From NCBI RefSeq assembly GCF_009914755.1, contig NC_060928.1: a stretch of 64,000 nucleotides of DNA. One strand, 5' to 3'. Shown piece after piece: positions 34,124 to 46,973 of this stretch (its first letter is position 1; the number at the start of each line of letters is the position of its first letter). Under the pieces are notes generated by a model. The model had not been told where the DNA came from, made no database searches, and saw only the letters and a list, made by a program, of their open reading frames with translations. This DNA comes from the human T2T-CHM13v2.0 reference genome, Homo sapiens. A program made the position numbers and the translations under genes.

Positions 34124-34485
34124 TGTATTAATCTGTTCTCATGCTGTCCTGAGACTGGGTAATTTATAAAGGAAAAAGATTTAATTGACTTACAGTTCTG
34201 CAGGGCTGAGGAGGCTTCAGGAAACTTGCAATCATGGTGGAAGGAGAAGCAAACACATCCTTCTTCACATGGTAGCATCATGAAGAAGTGCCAATCAAAA
34301 AAGGAAAAGCCCCTTATAAAACCAACATACCTCATGAGAACTCACTCACTATCATGAGAACAGCATGGAGGTAACTGCCTCCATGATTCAATTACCTCCC
34401 ACCAGATCCCTCCCGTGACACGTGGCAATTATGGAAACTACAATTCAAGGTGAGACTTGGTTGGGGACACAGCCAAACCATATCA
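34124..34485 (-). mobile_element. THE1 (THE1C-like) solo LTR
   Basis: tgtattaatctgttctcatgctg...ggggacacagccaaaccatatca. Perfect 5-bp TSD cttgt at 34119-34123 and 34486-34490. Confidence 0.95.
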
Positions 34486-35129
34486 CTTGTACGGAGTTAG
34501 TTACTGATAGACACACTCACATATCTTATTTACTCCTCTCAGTTATCCCAAGGGGATATGTATACTGTGACTCCCTTTTTATTGATGAGAATTGAGGAAA
34601 AAAGTGGTTAATTTTATTGTGCCACATGACAGAGGCAGTCAAAGTAACATTCTAGAAATTGAAATTCTGATCCAATGGAGCTGGCTTGTGGGTTTAATTT
34701 ACTAACAACATTTTGTCCTGATTCCCTGCAGAAGTTCACCAAGCCATCTAAATAGATACTTCAGGGTGTGGAGCATTCAGTTATGACGTTATAAACTACA
34801 CTTTATTATCAGTGGTGGAAAAGAGAGTTGTACAAACATTTTATTTATATTTTTCCTTATACAGTATTGATAGAGAAAACAAGTATTATTTTAGAAATTG
34901 AACAGACTTTGGTAATAGTCCTGTAATAAACTCTTCTCATGCAACAGTGTAGGAGATTATTTTCTAAAAAGTTTATCTATAAATGTTTATATAGAAGAGC
35001 AAACAGCAAAGAAGAGCTGAGACAATTTTAAAGAATAAGGTTGTGTTCCTAGAAAACTCCAAGCACTTGTAAGGTAGATTTAAAATGCTTGGGAATGATA
35101 AATGTGAAATTGAGTGTGCTCGCACTACT

Positions 35130-35485
35130 TTTCCTCCTGGGTATGCCTTTTCTCTGGATATCTGAATGACCCACTTCCCTGCTTTCTTTAAGTGTCTGCT
35201 CAAATAGGCTTCTTTTATTTAAAATGGTAGCTCTCTTACCCCCGGCACTCCTTAACTTCCTGCCATGTTTTCTTTTTCATAGCAAGAATCAGTTCCTAGC
35301 TTATTCTAGAATTAATAATGTCTGTAATTTGTTATTGTTCATTTCATCTACTAAAACAGAAGCTTAATATGAAGCCAGAAGGATTTGCTCCTTTTGATCT
35401 CCGATAAATTCCAAGCCCCTAGAAAAGTTCCTGACACATAGTATGTTCAAAATCAATATTTTCTGATCACATGAATGAATGAAAG
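35130..35485 (+). mobile_element. L2 3' end
   Basis: ...ccctagaaaagttcctgacacatagtatgttcaa...atgaatgaatgaa. Confidence 0.7.
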
Positions 35486-35672
35486 TAGGGACTAGGGAGA
35501 CCAGACAGCAGGACATAGCATCAAGCAACAGAAATCAAAGCAATGCAAAGTGGTCAAATAGCATGAGGTCCAAGAAATAGGACAGAGAGCCCAGAAACAA
35601 ACTCAGACTTACATGGAAACTATATAAAAACAGAGTGCCATTGCACACTGGAGAAAAAAAGTAGCCTATTAG

Positions 35673-36050
<378 letters not shown>

Positions 36051-36699
36051 TGAAAAACAAATCTTTACATTATATTTTTTCCAGAATGAGTTCTAAGTGG
36101 ATTACCCAGCTATGTGTAAAATGAAAACTTTAAAACTTTTAGCAAAAATTATGCTTATAACCCAAGATTAGGGAAGAATTTTTATGTAAGATAAAAAAAG
36201 CAAAACATCGTAGGAGAAACAAATGATAAATTTGACATTAAATTAAAAATCTCTATTCACCAAATGCTTTATAAATAAAAATGAAACAAGCAACAAACTC
36301 TGCAAAGAATATGCGGCACATAACAGTGGCATAGAATTAGAATCCAGAATATGTTTTTTAAAAATTACATATCAAAGAGAAAATGACAACTTGATAAAAC
36401 AGCAACAGCATTTCCTAGAAGGAAAAATACGTAAAATAGCAGTCATCCTCAGTATTAGCCATGGAGAGGGAAATTTAAATCATAGTAAGATGCTATTTTA
36501 TGTCCACCAAGTTCACAAAAATGAAAAAGTCTGACAACATCAAGTATTGGCAATGATGTAGAGCCTAACTAATTCTCCAAACTACACAGTTGGTATAAAT
36601 TAGCAGAGTTTTGGAGGAACTTTTGGAATTATTAATAGAATTTATATTAATATTAATTTATATTAATGTTAAATAAAATATTGAATACAAATAAAGACA

Positions 36700-37075
36700 C
36701 ACATCCTGTTTTTTTCTCCTATCTAGCCCACGGGAATCTAAACTTTCCTGTTGTCTTGATGTTAGACGTAGTTGTGAGTCTTGCATTGGCCAAGAAAATG
36801 CAAATGGAAGTGATGCATTTTATTTCTAAGTCAAATACTCAAGAGCTTTTAGACTGTACTCTATGAACTCTCTTGCTCTGCTCCAGCGACCATGTGAGCT
36901 TATGGTGGTATGGAGTTATGGTAAAATCAGAGCATTCTATACCTAGACGATAGCTACCCTAGAGCATCACTTGGACAGCAAAATTTGTGTGAACAAGTTC
37001 TCAACTGTTTTATGTTAAGCTACTGCGATTATAGAATTATTAATTGCTATAGCATAACTAATTTATCTTGATTGA
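36700..37075 (+). mobile_element. MaLR LTR (MLT1I/J-like)
   Basis: ttggccaagaaaatgcaaatggaagtgatg...tgttttatgttaagctactgcgatt...gcataactaatttatcttgattgata. Confidence 0.6.
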
Positions 37076-37967
37076 TAGCCCCTAAAATCCAGAAGTTTTA
37101 TGTCTATATATGTACCCTATGAAAACAAAACTCATACATATACATAAAAGGACATGTATTATAATGTTTTAAATAGCAAGTGTTTTAAAAGGCAAAAATT
37201 CAGAAACCACCTCATCAAAAAAGGAGGGGCATATTATAGTATAGACAATACAATGAAATGAAGCAGTGAAAATGAATAAATTGGAGTCACTCATACAAAT
37301 AAGGGTAAATTTTAAAAGCATCATGGTAACCAAAATAAATTTGAGAAGAACATATATTGTAGTGTCCATCCTGTATGTATTTATATACTCATGAAGATCA
37401 TGTAAATGCATGCAAAATAATACTAGCTATTACTTAGGAACAGATATTTGCATTAAAATGATAAGGAAATACCTAGAGGTGTTGAACACCAAAATCAAGA
37501 CAATGGCTATATCTGGAAAGGATGAGAAGAAATGTGACTGAGGAGAACTTCACCAAAGGTTTCAATTATAGTGAGAACATTTTATTTCTGAAGCTGGGTA
37601 TATGAGTACATGGGGAGTTGTATTAGTCTTCTTAACTTTTGCATATCTTATTACTCTTAATAATAAAAATACTAACCATTTACATAAAGATAAAATATGC
37701 AAGCAATTATGGGTTATCTTGCAAAGTCAGTCCTGTAATATGGACTGACTGAAAAAGGGATGAAACTTTAGGAAATGATAGCACTCCCAAGAAAAAAAGC
37801 TCTGGTGTGCTTAAAGGTATTCATTGGAAATTTCATATGCAAAGTACTTCCAAATTCTGTTATTTGTCAGTATATGGAAATTAATGTAAAAAATCAATGA
37901 AGTTTATGAAACTTTTAGGAGCGTAAGAAGCATCGACATGCATTTAAATATGTGGATGCACTACACA

Positions 37968-38345
37968 TGTATTAACCAGGGTAGGCTACTAGATAAAAAA
38001 ATAATTTCCAAACGTTCAGTGGCTCAACTCAACAGAAATGCATTTCTTGTTAACATAGCAATTCGATGTGGTATATGGCAAACAGACTTTTATAACATAA
38101 TCTAGAGACCAAAGTCTTCCATCATGTGGCTCTGGCCTCCTCTAGGTCCCCCCAGAGTCCTTTTCTTTTAGCCAGGGAATGAAGAAAGCAGGAAGGATCA
38201 CAATGGGCAGTTTGGAGATCAGCCCTGAAAGTGGTATACATCACTTTCACCACATTCCAGTTGCCTGATACTAGAAATATAGTCACACCTGACTTTAAAG
38301 GGGAGTGAAGTAAGTTTGATGAATGCTTAGCCAGCCTTTGCCACA
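37968..38345 (-). mobile_element. MaLR LTR (MLT1J/K-like)
   Basis: cagtggctcaactcaacagaaatgcatttcttg...aaagtggtatacatcactttcaccacattcca...agtcacacctgact. Confidence 0.6.
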
Positions 38346-38544
38346 TCATATTTAATATAAATGAAGTTGGAAATTGGATCGTAAACCAAGGGCTGGACTC
38401 TGAGTGTCAGTGATGGATCCCCTCTCAAGCAGAATTGGTATGCACTAGGATCCTAGTCAAGCAGAGCCAGTCAAGACTTTCTTGCCAAGAACTGGGTATT
38501 TGATGTTGCAAATAAGTCATCATGGGAAAAATAACTCTTTTTAG

Positions 38545-38887
<343 letters not shown>

Positions 38888-39469
38888 AGGATGGTTTTAG
38901 TCTTAATATCTTGGGGATGCACTCTCAATGTTCTTTTTATTGCTTGCGTCCTCTGAATAAATATTCTCTTACCTTAAACCTTTCTGAGCTGGGCATGAGT
39001 GAGGAGGGAATGCCAAGCAGCTGGGATAGGGAGGGCAACAGTGGGGCATCCAGCATGCTTGGCAAAGAAAGGCAGCAGGGTGGGCAGAATGGCAGCAGGG
39101 AATATTGAATTTGGAGTTACAAAATTTAGGCTAAATCTTAGTGCCGACTTCACTAGTCATAGAATTGTGAGCAAGTGATTTCTTCTGTTTGTATAAAATT
39201 CCTCCACAATACAATAAGAGAACAGGAGTAAATATTTTCTGAGTCTCTTTTCTAGTAATGAGGACAGTCTGTCGGTCTAAGTTAGGTACCTAACTATAAC
39301 CCTTCTCGCATTAGAGACAGGCATTCAATAAAATGTGGCTCTTTCTGAGCAAAACCAGTGGACAGCTAGCGGGTCTAATAAGCAGATAGTACTTACAAGG
39401 CTTTGTGGGTGGTTGATTTAGTTACTTTCTTTTAAGACATACAAGAGAGAAAAGATAGGATTTTTTTAG

Positions 39470-39730
39470 ACACATCTGCAGATATTGCACTTTTGAAAAC
39501 TTATGAAATCTTCTTTCCATTTCACATTCCCTAAACATTATTGTGATTTGTTTTTCTCCAACAACAATGTATCATCAAGATATTTATTTTTGTTTATTTT
39601 CTGGTTTCTTCCATAAGAGTGTAAGCTCAAAGAAGGCGGTTTTGTCAAGTTTATTAATGTTGTATGTACCCAATGTCTAGAACAGTACGTGTCATGTAGA
39701 AGAATATTCAACAAATATTTATTAAATAAA
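39470..39730 (+). mobile_element. L2 3' end
   Basis: agagtgtaagctcaaagaaggc...caatgtctagaacagtac...tcaacaaatatttattaaataaa. Confidence 0.7.
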
Positions 39731-40982
39731 GGTTATAAACTCATGGTAACTTCAGAATCATCAGGAGAGTTTCAAGAAAGCAGTAAGGAGGAATACTACA
39801 GTTTGGAAGTGAAAATCGATTTGAGAATAGTAATCTGAATTTTGCATTGCTTTTTAAGTCACAGGAAGAAAACCAGACTTAGAGAAGGACAATCCTTTTG
39901 AGGGTAATTTTTCCTAAGGTTGAAACTTTTGTAAACCTCATCTAGCATTTCTTAAAATTGTCATAAAAGATGTATAATTTCCCATGAAATTATTTCAATG
40001 CAGACTACTCTAATGATATTTAAATAGGTTAACCGAGTTTTGCTTGTAAGTTCAGGAAGAATTTTCATGAGGGTTCTAATACAATTTAAAAGCAGCAAAC
40101 ACAAACAATTCTTAATCTGCTCAGTATAAAACAAGGTAACAAAACCACACCACACAAATCTACATGCTCCCTACTTCAAATCAACTCTAATTATCAATGT
40201 TTATATATTATTCCAAGTTCTCATTCATCTAACTCTAGACCACAATTTAATCTTGATGGATTGTGATGGAGCATCATTTGTGGTGCAGGCTATGATCTGT
40301 TATGATTCCTTTGCAAAATTATTATGATGAATCACACTTGTCAATGATTTTTGAATGAGACAAATCCAAAACTAATTTGCTATCTGCAATCCAGATGTAA
40401 TTGGCTATGTATCATAAATCTTCCATGAAAATATTCTTCAGTTCCATTTCTGTCAACAAACAAAAGTGTTCTTCATAGTTCATTCCCCAAGAAAAACAAT
40501 AGAGTATAATTAGAAAGGAAGAGAGAAAGTGCATAGTTGACTTGAATATAAAAAACAGAAAATGCCTTGATCAAATTGGCTGCACAAATGAATCTCTGTT
40601 ATCAAAATCATTATAAATTGCATCTCTCCATTTTTAGTCCAGGAACTCAATACTTTAAGAGAGCCATAAAATATTTTACCTTCACGCTAAATTGTGGGAA
40701 TTAAGCAATGCTTATAGCATTTTCTATAATTTGAAAATGACTTACATCTTATTTATTTTGAAATAGAAGTTCAATTACAAAATATTGAGTGGGGAGAAGT
40801 TAGCATTCATTATTGCTGTACAGTGAACATAAGAGTTTTAAAATTTTTGTTTTGTTCACTGGAAGGAGCTTTGGTCATTAATTAACTGTGATCCAAACAA
40901 AACACGCTAGGGTTTCAAACCATATATAGGCCAGAAAGTTCTGTACCTGGGCATACCAACTACAGCATTGACTCTGAGGAGA

Positions 40983-40983
<1 letters not shown>

Positions 40984-41020
<37 letters not shown>
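40984..41020. repeat. (TG)n microsatellite
   Basis: About 18 perfect TG units. Confidence 0.97.
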
Positions 41021-41023
<3 letters not shown>

Positions 41024-42524
41024 CTATAATATGGATATCCTTGTTTGAAAGGGAAAGTAGTTAAGAAACTCTATAGGAGTATAAACCTCTCATTTCTATT
41101 TTGAAAATTATTTACAATGCTTATTTTATCAGTGGTGCGTCAGTAACCTTTTCTTCCTATATATGAAACATAGCACTCTTTATTATGGAAATTTCTAGTA
41201 TTGGTATAATACATCCTGTAGGAGTATATGAAAGAAAGCATTTTGACCAATCGAATCTCAGAAAATATAAATATATCCTTTCTCAGAAGAAAACCAAATC
41301 TTCTCTGAGATGAAATGTGTCTAATCACAAATCTCATTTCTTTTCCCCATAGTATATTCCCTTGTGCTATTCATCTAGTCCATGCTTCCAAACTAACCTC
41401 ACATAATAACACCATTAATAATACTTAACACTTATATAGAGTGCATTCCACCTTCAAAGTACTGAATAAACATTAAACAATTAATGCACATTGAAAGAAG
41501 TCAGCAAAAGTCCAGAACTTCCAAATTCTTATGAGGGAAGCAAAAATATTTATTAGTAATTTTTGATGATGTGGTTTGTTTAATCTATTTTTAAAAAAAT
41601 ATTTTTGCCTTGTCATATAAGAAGAGGAATGTTCATGATAGGAAAGTATATGAGCCTATAACTGGCTTTTACAGATGATTAAATGCTCAGGTTGAAGCCG
41701 AGGCTTTTGATAACTGCTAGAGCCATTTATGACCTCATATACTACTCCACTTTGGGATATTAGGCCTTAAATAACATCAACCATGTGCTTTTACTAAGAA
41801 GAAGAGAAATAAAAGTAAAATGCCCTTTCAATGAAGAAAAAAATATCTACAGAGAACTCTATGGAAATGTCATAAACACACAGGAATAAATACACAGAAA
41901 TAAATACACATTAAGGTTCTGCAATAGTTTTGGGAGCCAGGTTATCACTTGACACCTGTCTGGGTAGTTTTTGGATAGAATACTTACAAAGGAACAGTTC
42001 TTTTATCCATGGGCATAAAAAGTGCCTTGGTTTATAACAGGCACTGACATCAGTTACTGCTATACAGAGGACTCTAACATTCACACAGTGAATGTTGGTG
42101 CTTACAGTGTTAACCTGCTTATATCGAACATGGTCTCTGTAAGTGGGCAGTTTGCCAAAATCACATCTAAAAATTTCACTAGGTGGACAATGTCATGCAA
42201 AGCTCTACATAGTGGGAGACTTCCAGTGTGAAAATGTGGCTAGAGAGGTGCAGGGAGCAAAATAAAATCTCATATACTGCTTTAAAACATATCTGGCAGA
42301 ATGCGAAGATTATTGCTCCTCAGGTTGCCCCTTAAAACATGCTCATCAGATTCTTAATTCTTGCCATATTTTTCCTTGACCTTTAAGAATCTAATATACT
42401 GAATGACATTTCTCTGATAAAAAAAAGAGGCCTAGGAGGAAGATCTACATAAAAATATGAATAAAAAACCCATAATAAATAACACAAATGGTATGATATA
42501 GAAGCATATTTATAATGATTAGAA

Positions 42525-42745
42525 GAAATAATAGTTAATATTTATGATTCATGTTATAAAAGGAGTATTAAATTCTCTATACACATTGGCTTTCTCATCA
42601 TAACAATCCTGTCAATGACATTGCATTATTATTCAATGAAGACCCTGAGATTTAAAGACTTTAGTAAGATCCTAAGTAGAAGAGCCAAAATCTCAACCCA
42701 GCTGATCTGATTCCAGAGGTTGGACTTTTATTACCATGACATGCC
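42525..42745 (-). mobile_element. MIR
   Basis: aataatagttaatatttatga...tctcatcataacaatcctg...ctgatctgattccagag. Confidence 0.6.
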
Positions 42746-43369
42746 TCAGTAATAAGTGTTCCAGTGTCCATAGGTACTTCTCATTGGCAAGCACTTTACA
42801 TGTATCAATTATTACAAAAATATTATGTACTTACTGTGAAAAAGATGGAGTCCCATAAAGCAAAAAAGCAAAACTAGAGCTCACAATTATATTATATGTC
42901 TGATTCCAAAACCTGTGCTGGGTTTGAATATACATAAGCAATTCTATAATTTTAGCTTTGGAAGTGACTTCTGCAGCTTCTAATATAGACTTTCTAGTAT
43001 TATCATATTTACCAGAGAAAAGAGAAGTGATCTACCACAAGTTGTATGGAAAAGTAATGTTAGAGCCTAAATAATAATTTCTTTATTTTTGTAGTGAGAG
43101 TAATTTTTCCCCGCAGCTGGTAGCATTATTCCTCAATATTCAAAATGGAAGAGTTCCTGGAGATAAAAACAATGACTGCTTGAGTTGTTCTAATACCTAT
43201 TATCTTTGTATCGAGACACATGAAAAAATAATACCATTGCATTTACTGTCAGGAAATTAATGGTTAAAACCCAGTACCCAGTATCTGCTGCTGTCATAGG
43301 TACACCTAATGATTCTAACAGGTAATCAGATATGATTAAGCAACTGATCTGTATTATTACATTTAAATA

Positions 43370-43590
43370 TATTAATGGCTCACATTTTTTGAATGCATAT
43401 CATGTGCTAAGCACTGTATTCACTCATTTAATCCTCACATCAATTATATGACATGAGTACATTAACATTTTACAGATGGGGAAATTGAGGCACCAGAGAT
43501 TAATTAAAGAAGTCAAAGTTGCCCAGTGGGTTAATTAATGCTGGAGACACTAATTTTGACTGTCTGATTCCAGAACCTACTCTTACACCA
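43370..43590 (-). mobile_element. MIR
   Basis: tgtgctaagcactg...ctcatttaatcctcac...cattttacagatggggaaattgaggcac...ctgtctgattccagaacc. Confidence 0.8.
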
Positions 43591-45059
43591 ACTTGTCTGA
43601 AACTATCTTTTGAGTATATTTCTAATAATTTTTAGCAGCAATTGGAAATTTAATGCCCATGAATTTCTCCTGGCCTCAAGGGAATATGTAAGTATTTTTC
43701 AAAAGACATACATATTATAAGAACTATCCAACAGGATGCTTTAGATTGCCTGAAAGTGATATCACTTAGGTTACTACTTGTGCCTAATTTAATCAATGAT
43801 GTTTGATATAGATGAATGTTTTTCAAACTAGGAGTAATGTGGTTGCCTGGAGTAACACTAAATTATTCCATTATCTCTCTGTATGGGAGAATAAACACCC
43901 ACAAAGTGGCTTCTTTTCTGCTCACTCAGACTTTCTTTATATTATAAAACCATTTCTTCAGCTTCTGTGATATATCTAAGTTATAAGGAACAATGATGTG
44001 CATAATTATTAGTTATTAAAATATGCATAGGTATTTTCATAGACTTATATCCGAAGCTAAATCTACAACTGATGTCCGTTTATAACTAATAAAGTAATAA
44101 TCATTTTCATTTATATAGGCCCTTTCATTGCAAAGTGCCTCATTGGTCTCCTTCTTTCAAATAGGAAATTTCCTGCAGTAAAGTGTTAAGTATGTAAATG
44201 TGATTTCACAACAGATGTGCAAAAGTCATTGGTATTCTAGTTAACATTAACTGCATTCTACAGATAATTTGTTGGGTGCTCTGCTTAACAGTACAAATGG
44301 CGATCTCATACAGATGCTCACCACTTCCCTGTGGCTCAACAGGATGCAAGTGTGATATGTGTACATCTGAGCATTTCTCTCCTGAATAGTAAGTACTGAT
44401 TTTTTCAAACATGTGCCCAATTAATATAGCGCATGGGCAGAATTTGATCAAGTAAAGTGTTAATTAACCCAGATGTGCATTTCCAATTAGCAGTAAACTA
44501 CAGTGTAATCGAGAGTAGCATTCATTTTTGTCTTTCTAATGGATGTTATTTGGGTTATGATATGTGAATATCAGTTTTTTTCCTTTTTGCCACAACATTC
44601 TTCTCATGGTGGTGGCAGACAGCAATGGCAAGGGCAAGGACAGTTTTATTAGACTAGTACAAACTTCTGTTTGCATCATGTCTGCTAATAATTCATTGGC
44701 CAAGACATGACATATGGCTAGGCTCAAGGGAGGGTAATTATATCAATCATCTTATACCTACCATGGAAAAGCATTGAAACGTTACATGGCAGAGTGTGTG
44801 AAGACAAGAAAAGGTAAATTATTGGGTTGATAAGTGTAAACTAGCACAGTCTTCACCACCAGCCATAATTATTCAAGAATTTCTAATATGTGAAATGTTT
44901 CAGCTTTATTTCACCAACCCCTCTCCAGCCAAATACCCAGTTATAATATCAGTCTCACGGGATCCAAAATTGTATAATCTTAAACAGGTTTCAATATGGG
45001 TTCTTGATCTAGATAACTATAAAATAAAAAGATAAATTATCTGCCCTTAAATACTCGAA

Positions 45060-45375
45060 TTAATTGGCCTCAGCAATATTTCTGGTTAAACCCAGCCACT
45101 ATGTTGTGAGGAGACCAAGACCAGAATGTCTTAAAAATGTTATGCTCAACAGGTAAAGTTAAAGTTCCCACCAACATCTATCACCAGACATCTTCATGAA
45201 CAAACTTCAGATAATTGTAGCCCCTACCCTTCAAGTTCCTTAGCAGAAGTGCCAGAGATCACTCAGTAGAAGGAAACCATTTCCACTGTTTCCGATTCAA
45301 ATTCGTGACTCACAAAATCCATGAACATGATAAATATCTATTTTGGGTCATTCATTCAGGGAAAGAGTAACTACA
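45060..45375 (+). mobile_element. MaLR LTR fragment (MLT1E/F-like) nested in MLT1-int
   Basis: aacccagccactatgttgtgaggagacc...aattcgtgactcacaaaatccatgaacatgataaa. Confidence 0.65.
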
Positions 45376-45810
45376 ATAAGCACTTTCATTTGAATAAGAA
45401 AAAAGAGGAGGCACCATGGCAGTCACTTGTCTGTATCAATTCTAAAATCTCTCCAGGGAAAATATTGCCAGCAGAACATATTGGAATGAGATATGTTCTT
45501 TGGTTAAGCCTTGGTTCCATAAACTGAGAATGACCCAGCCCCTTTAGGTGTTGCTTTTGCTATGGCAACTGTCTTTTTTATTGTTGTTTTTTGGTGTTTG
45601 TGTTTTTTTTTTGGTTTTCAGTAGCTATTGAAATTTTATTTATGTTACAAGTGTGACTATCTTAAAAACTTCATGGCTTTTCTCTGCATCAGATTTGAGT
45701 TCATTGTGTGCACCAAAAGTTACACCCCAATTGTGCACATATTCATTATGTGCACCAAAAGTTACACTCCAGTTGCCTACCTGTTTAGACTTATGGTTAC
45801 TGGTATCTTT

Positions 45811-46973
45811 CTTTTATATATATATATATATATGTATATTTTATTATACTTTAAGTTCTAGGGTACATTGACAACGTGCGGGTTTGTTACATATGTATAC
45901 ATGTGCCATGTTGGTGTACTGCAACCATTAACTCGTCATTTACATTAGGTATATCTCCTAATGCTATCCCTCTCCCCTTCCCCCACCCCACAACCGGCCC
46001 CAGTGTGTGATGTTCCCCTTCCTGTGTCCTGGTGTTCTCATTGTTCAGTTCCCACCTATGAGTGAGAACATGTGGTGTTTGGTTTTTTGTCCTTGTGATA
46101 GTTTGCTGAGAATGATGGTTTCTAGCTTCATCCATGTCTCTACAAAGGAGATGAACTCATCATTTTTTATAGTATTCCATGGTGTATATGTGCCACATTT
46201 TCTTAATCCAGTCTATCATTGTTGGACATTTGGGTTGGTTCCAAGTCTTTGCTATTGTGAGTAGTGCCACAATAAACATACGTGTGCATGTGTCTTTATA
46301 GCAGCATGATTTATATTCCTTTGGGTATATACCCAGTAATGGGATGGCTGGGTCAAATGGTATTTCTAGTTCTAGATCCCTGAGGAATCGCCACACTGTC
46401 TTCCACAATGGTTGAACTAGTTTACAGTCCCACCAACAGTGTAAAATTGTTCCTATTTCTCCACATCCTCTCCAGCACCTGTTGTTTCCTATTGTTTCCT
46501 GACATTTTAATGGTCGCCAGTTAGAAAACTGGTGTGAGATGGTATCTCATTGTGGTTTTGATTTGCATTTCTCTGATGGCCAGTGATGACGAGCATTTTT
46601 TCATGTGTCTTTTGGCTGCATAAATGTCTTCTTTTGAGAAGTGTCTGTTCATATCCTTCGCCCACTTTTTGATGGGGTTGTTTGATTTTTTTCTTGTAAA
46701 TTTGTTTGAGTACTTTGTAGATTCTGGATATTAGCCCTTTGTCAGATGAGTAGGTTGTGAAAATTTTCTCCAATTTTGTAGGTTGCCTGTTCACTCTGAT
46801 GGTAGTTTCTTTTGCTGTGCAGAAGCTCTTTAGTTTGATTAGGTCCCATTGGTCAGTTTTGGCTTTTGTTGCCATTGCTTTTTGTGTTTTAGACATGAAG
46901 TCCTTGCCCATGCCTATGTCCTGAATGGTAATGCCTAGGTTTTCTTCTAGGGTTTTTATGGTTTCAGTTCTAA
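45811..46973 (-). mobile_element. 5'-truncated L1PA (L1PA4/5-like)
   Basis: 3'UTR plus ORF2 end (ORFs 46160..46408 and 46507..46911). The tail has become (TA)n. 11-bp TSD ctggtatcttt at 45800-45810 and 46975-46985. Confidence 0.95.

Noticed and set aside
39271-39300. 16-bp perfect palindrome agttaggtacctaact and taactataac, resembling part of an I-CeuI site
   Set aside because: About one such palindrome is expected by chance in 64 kb, and the rest of the homing site is absent.
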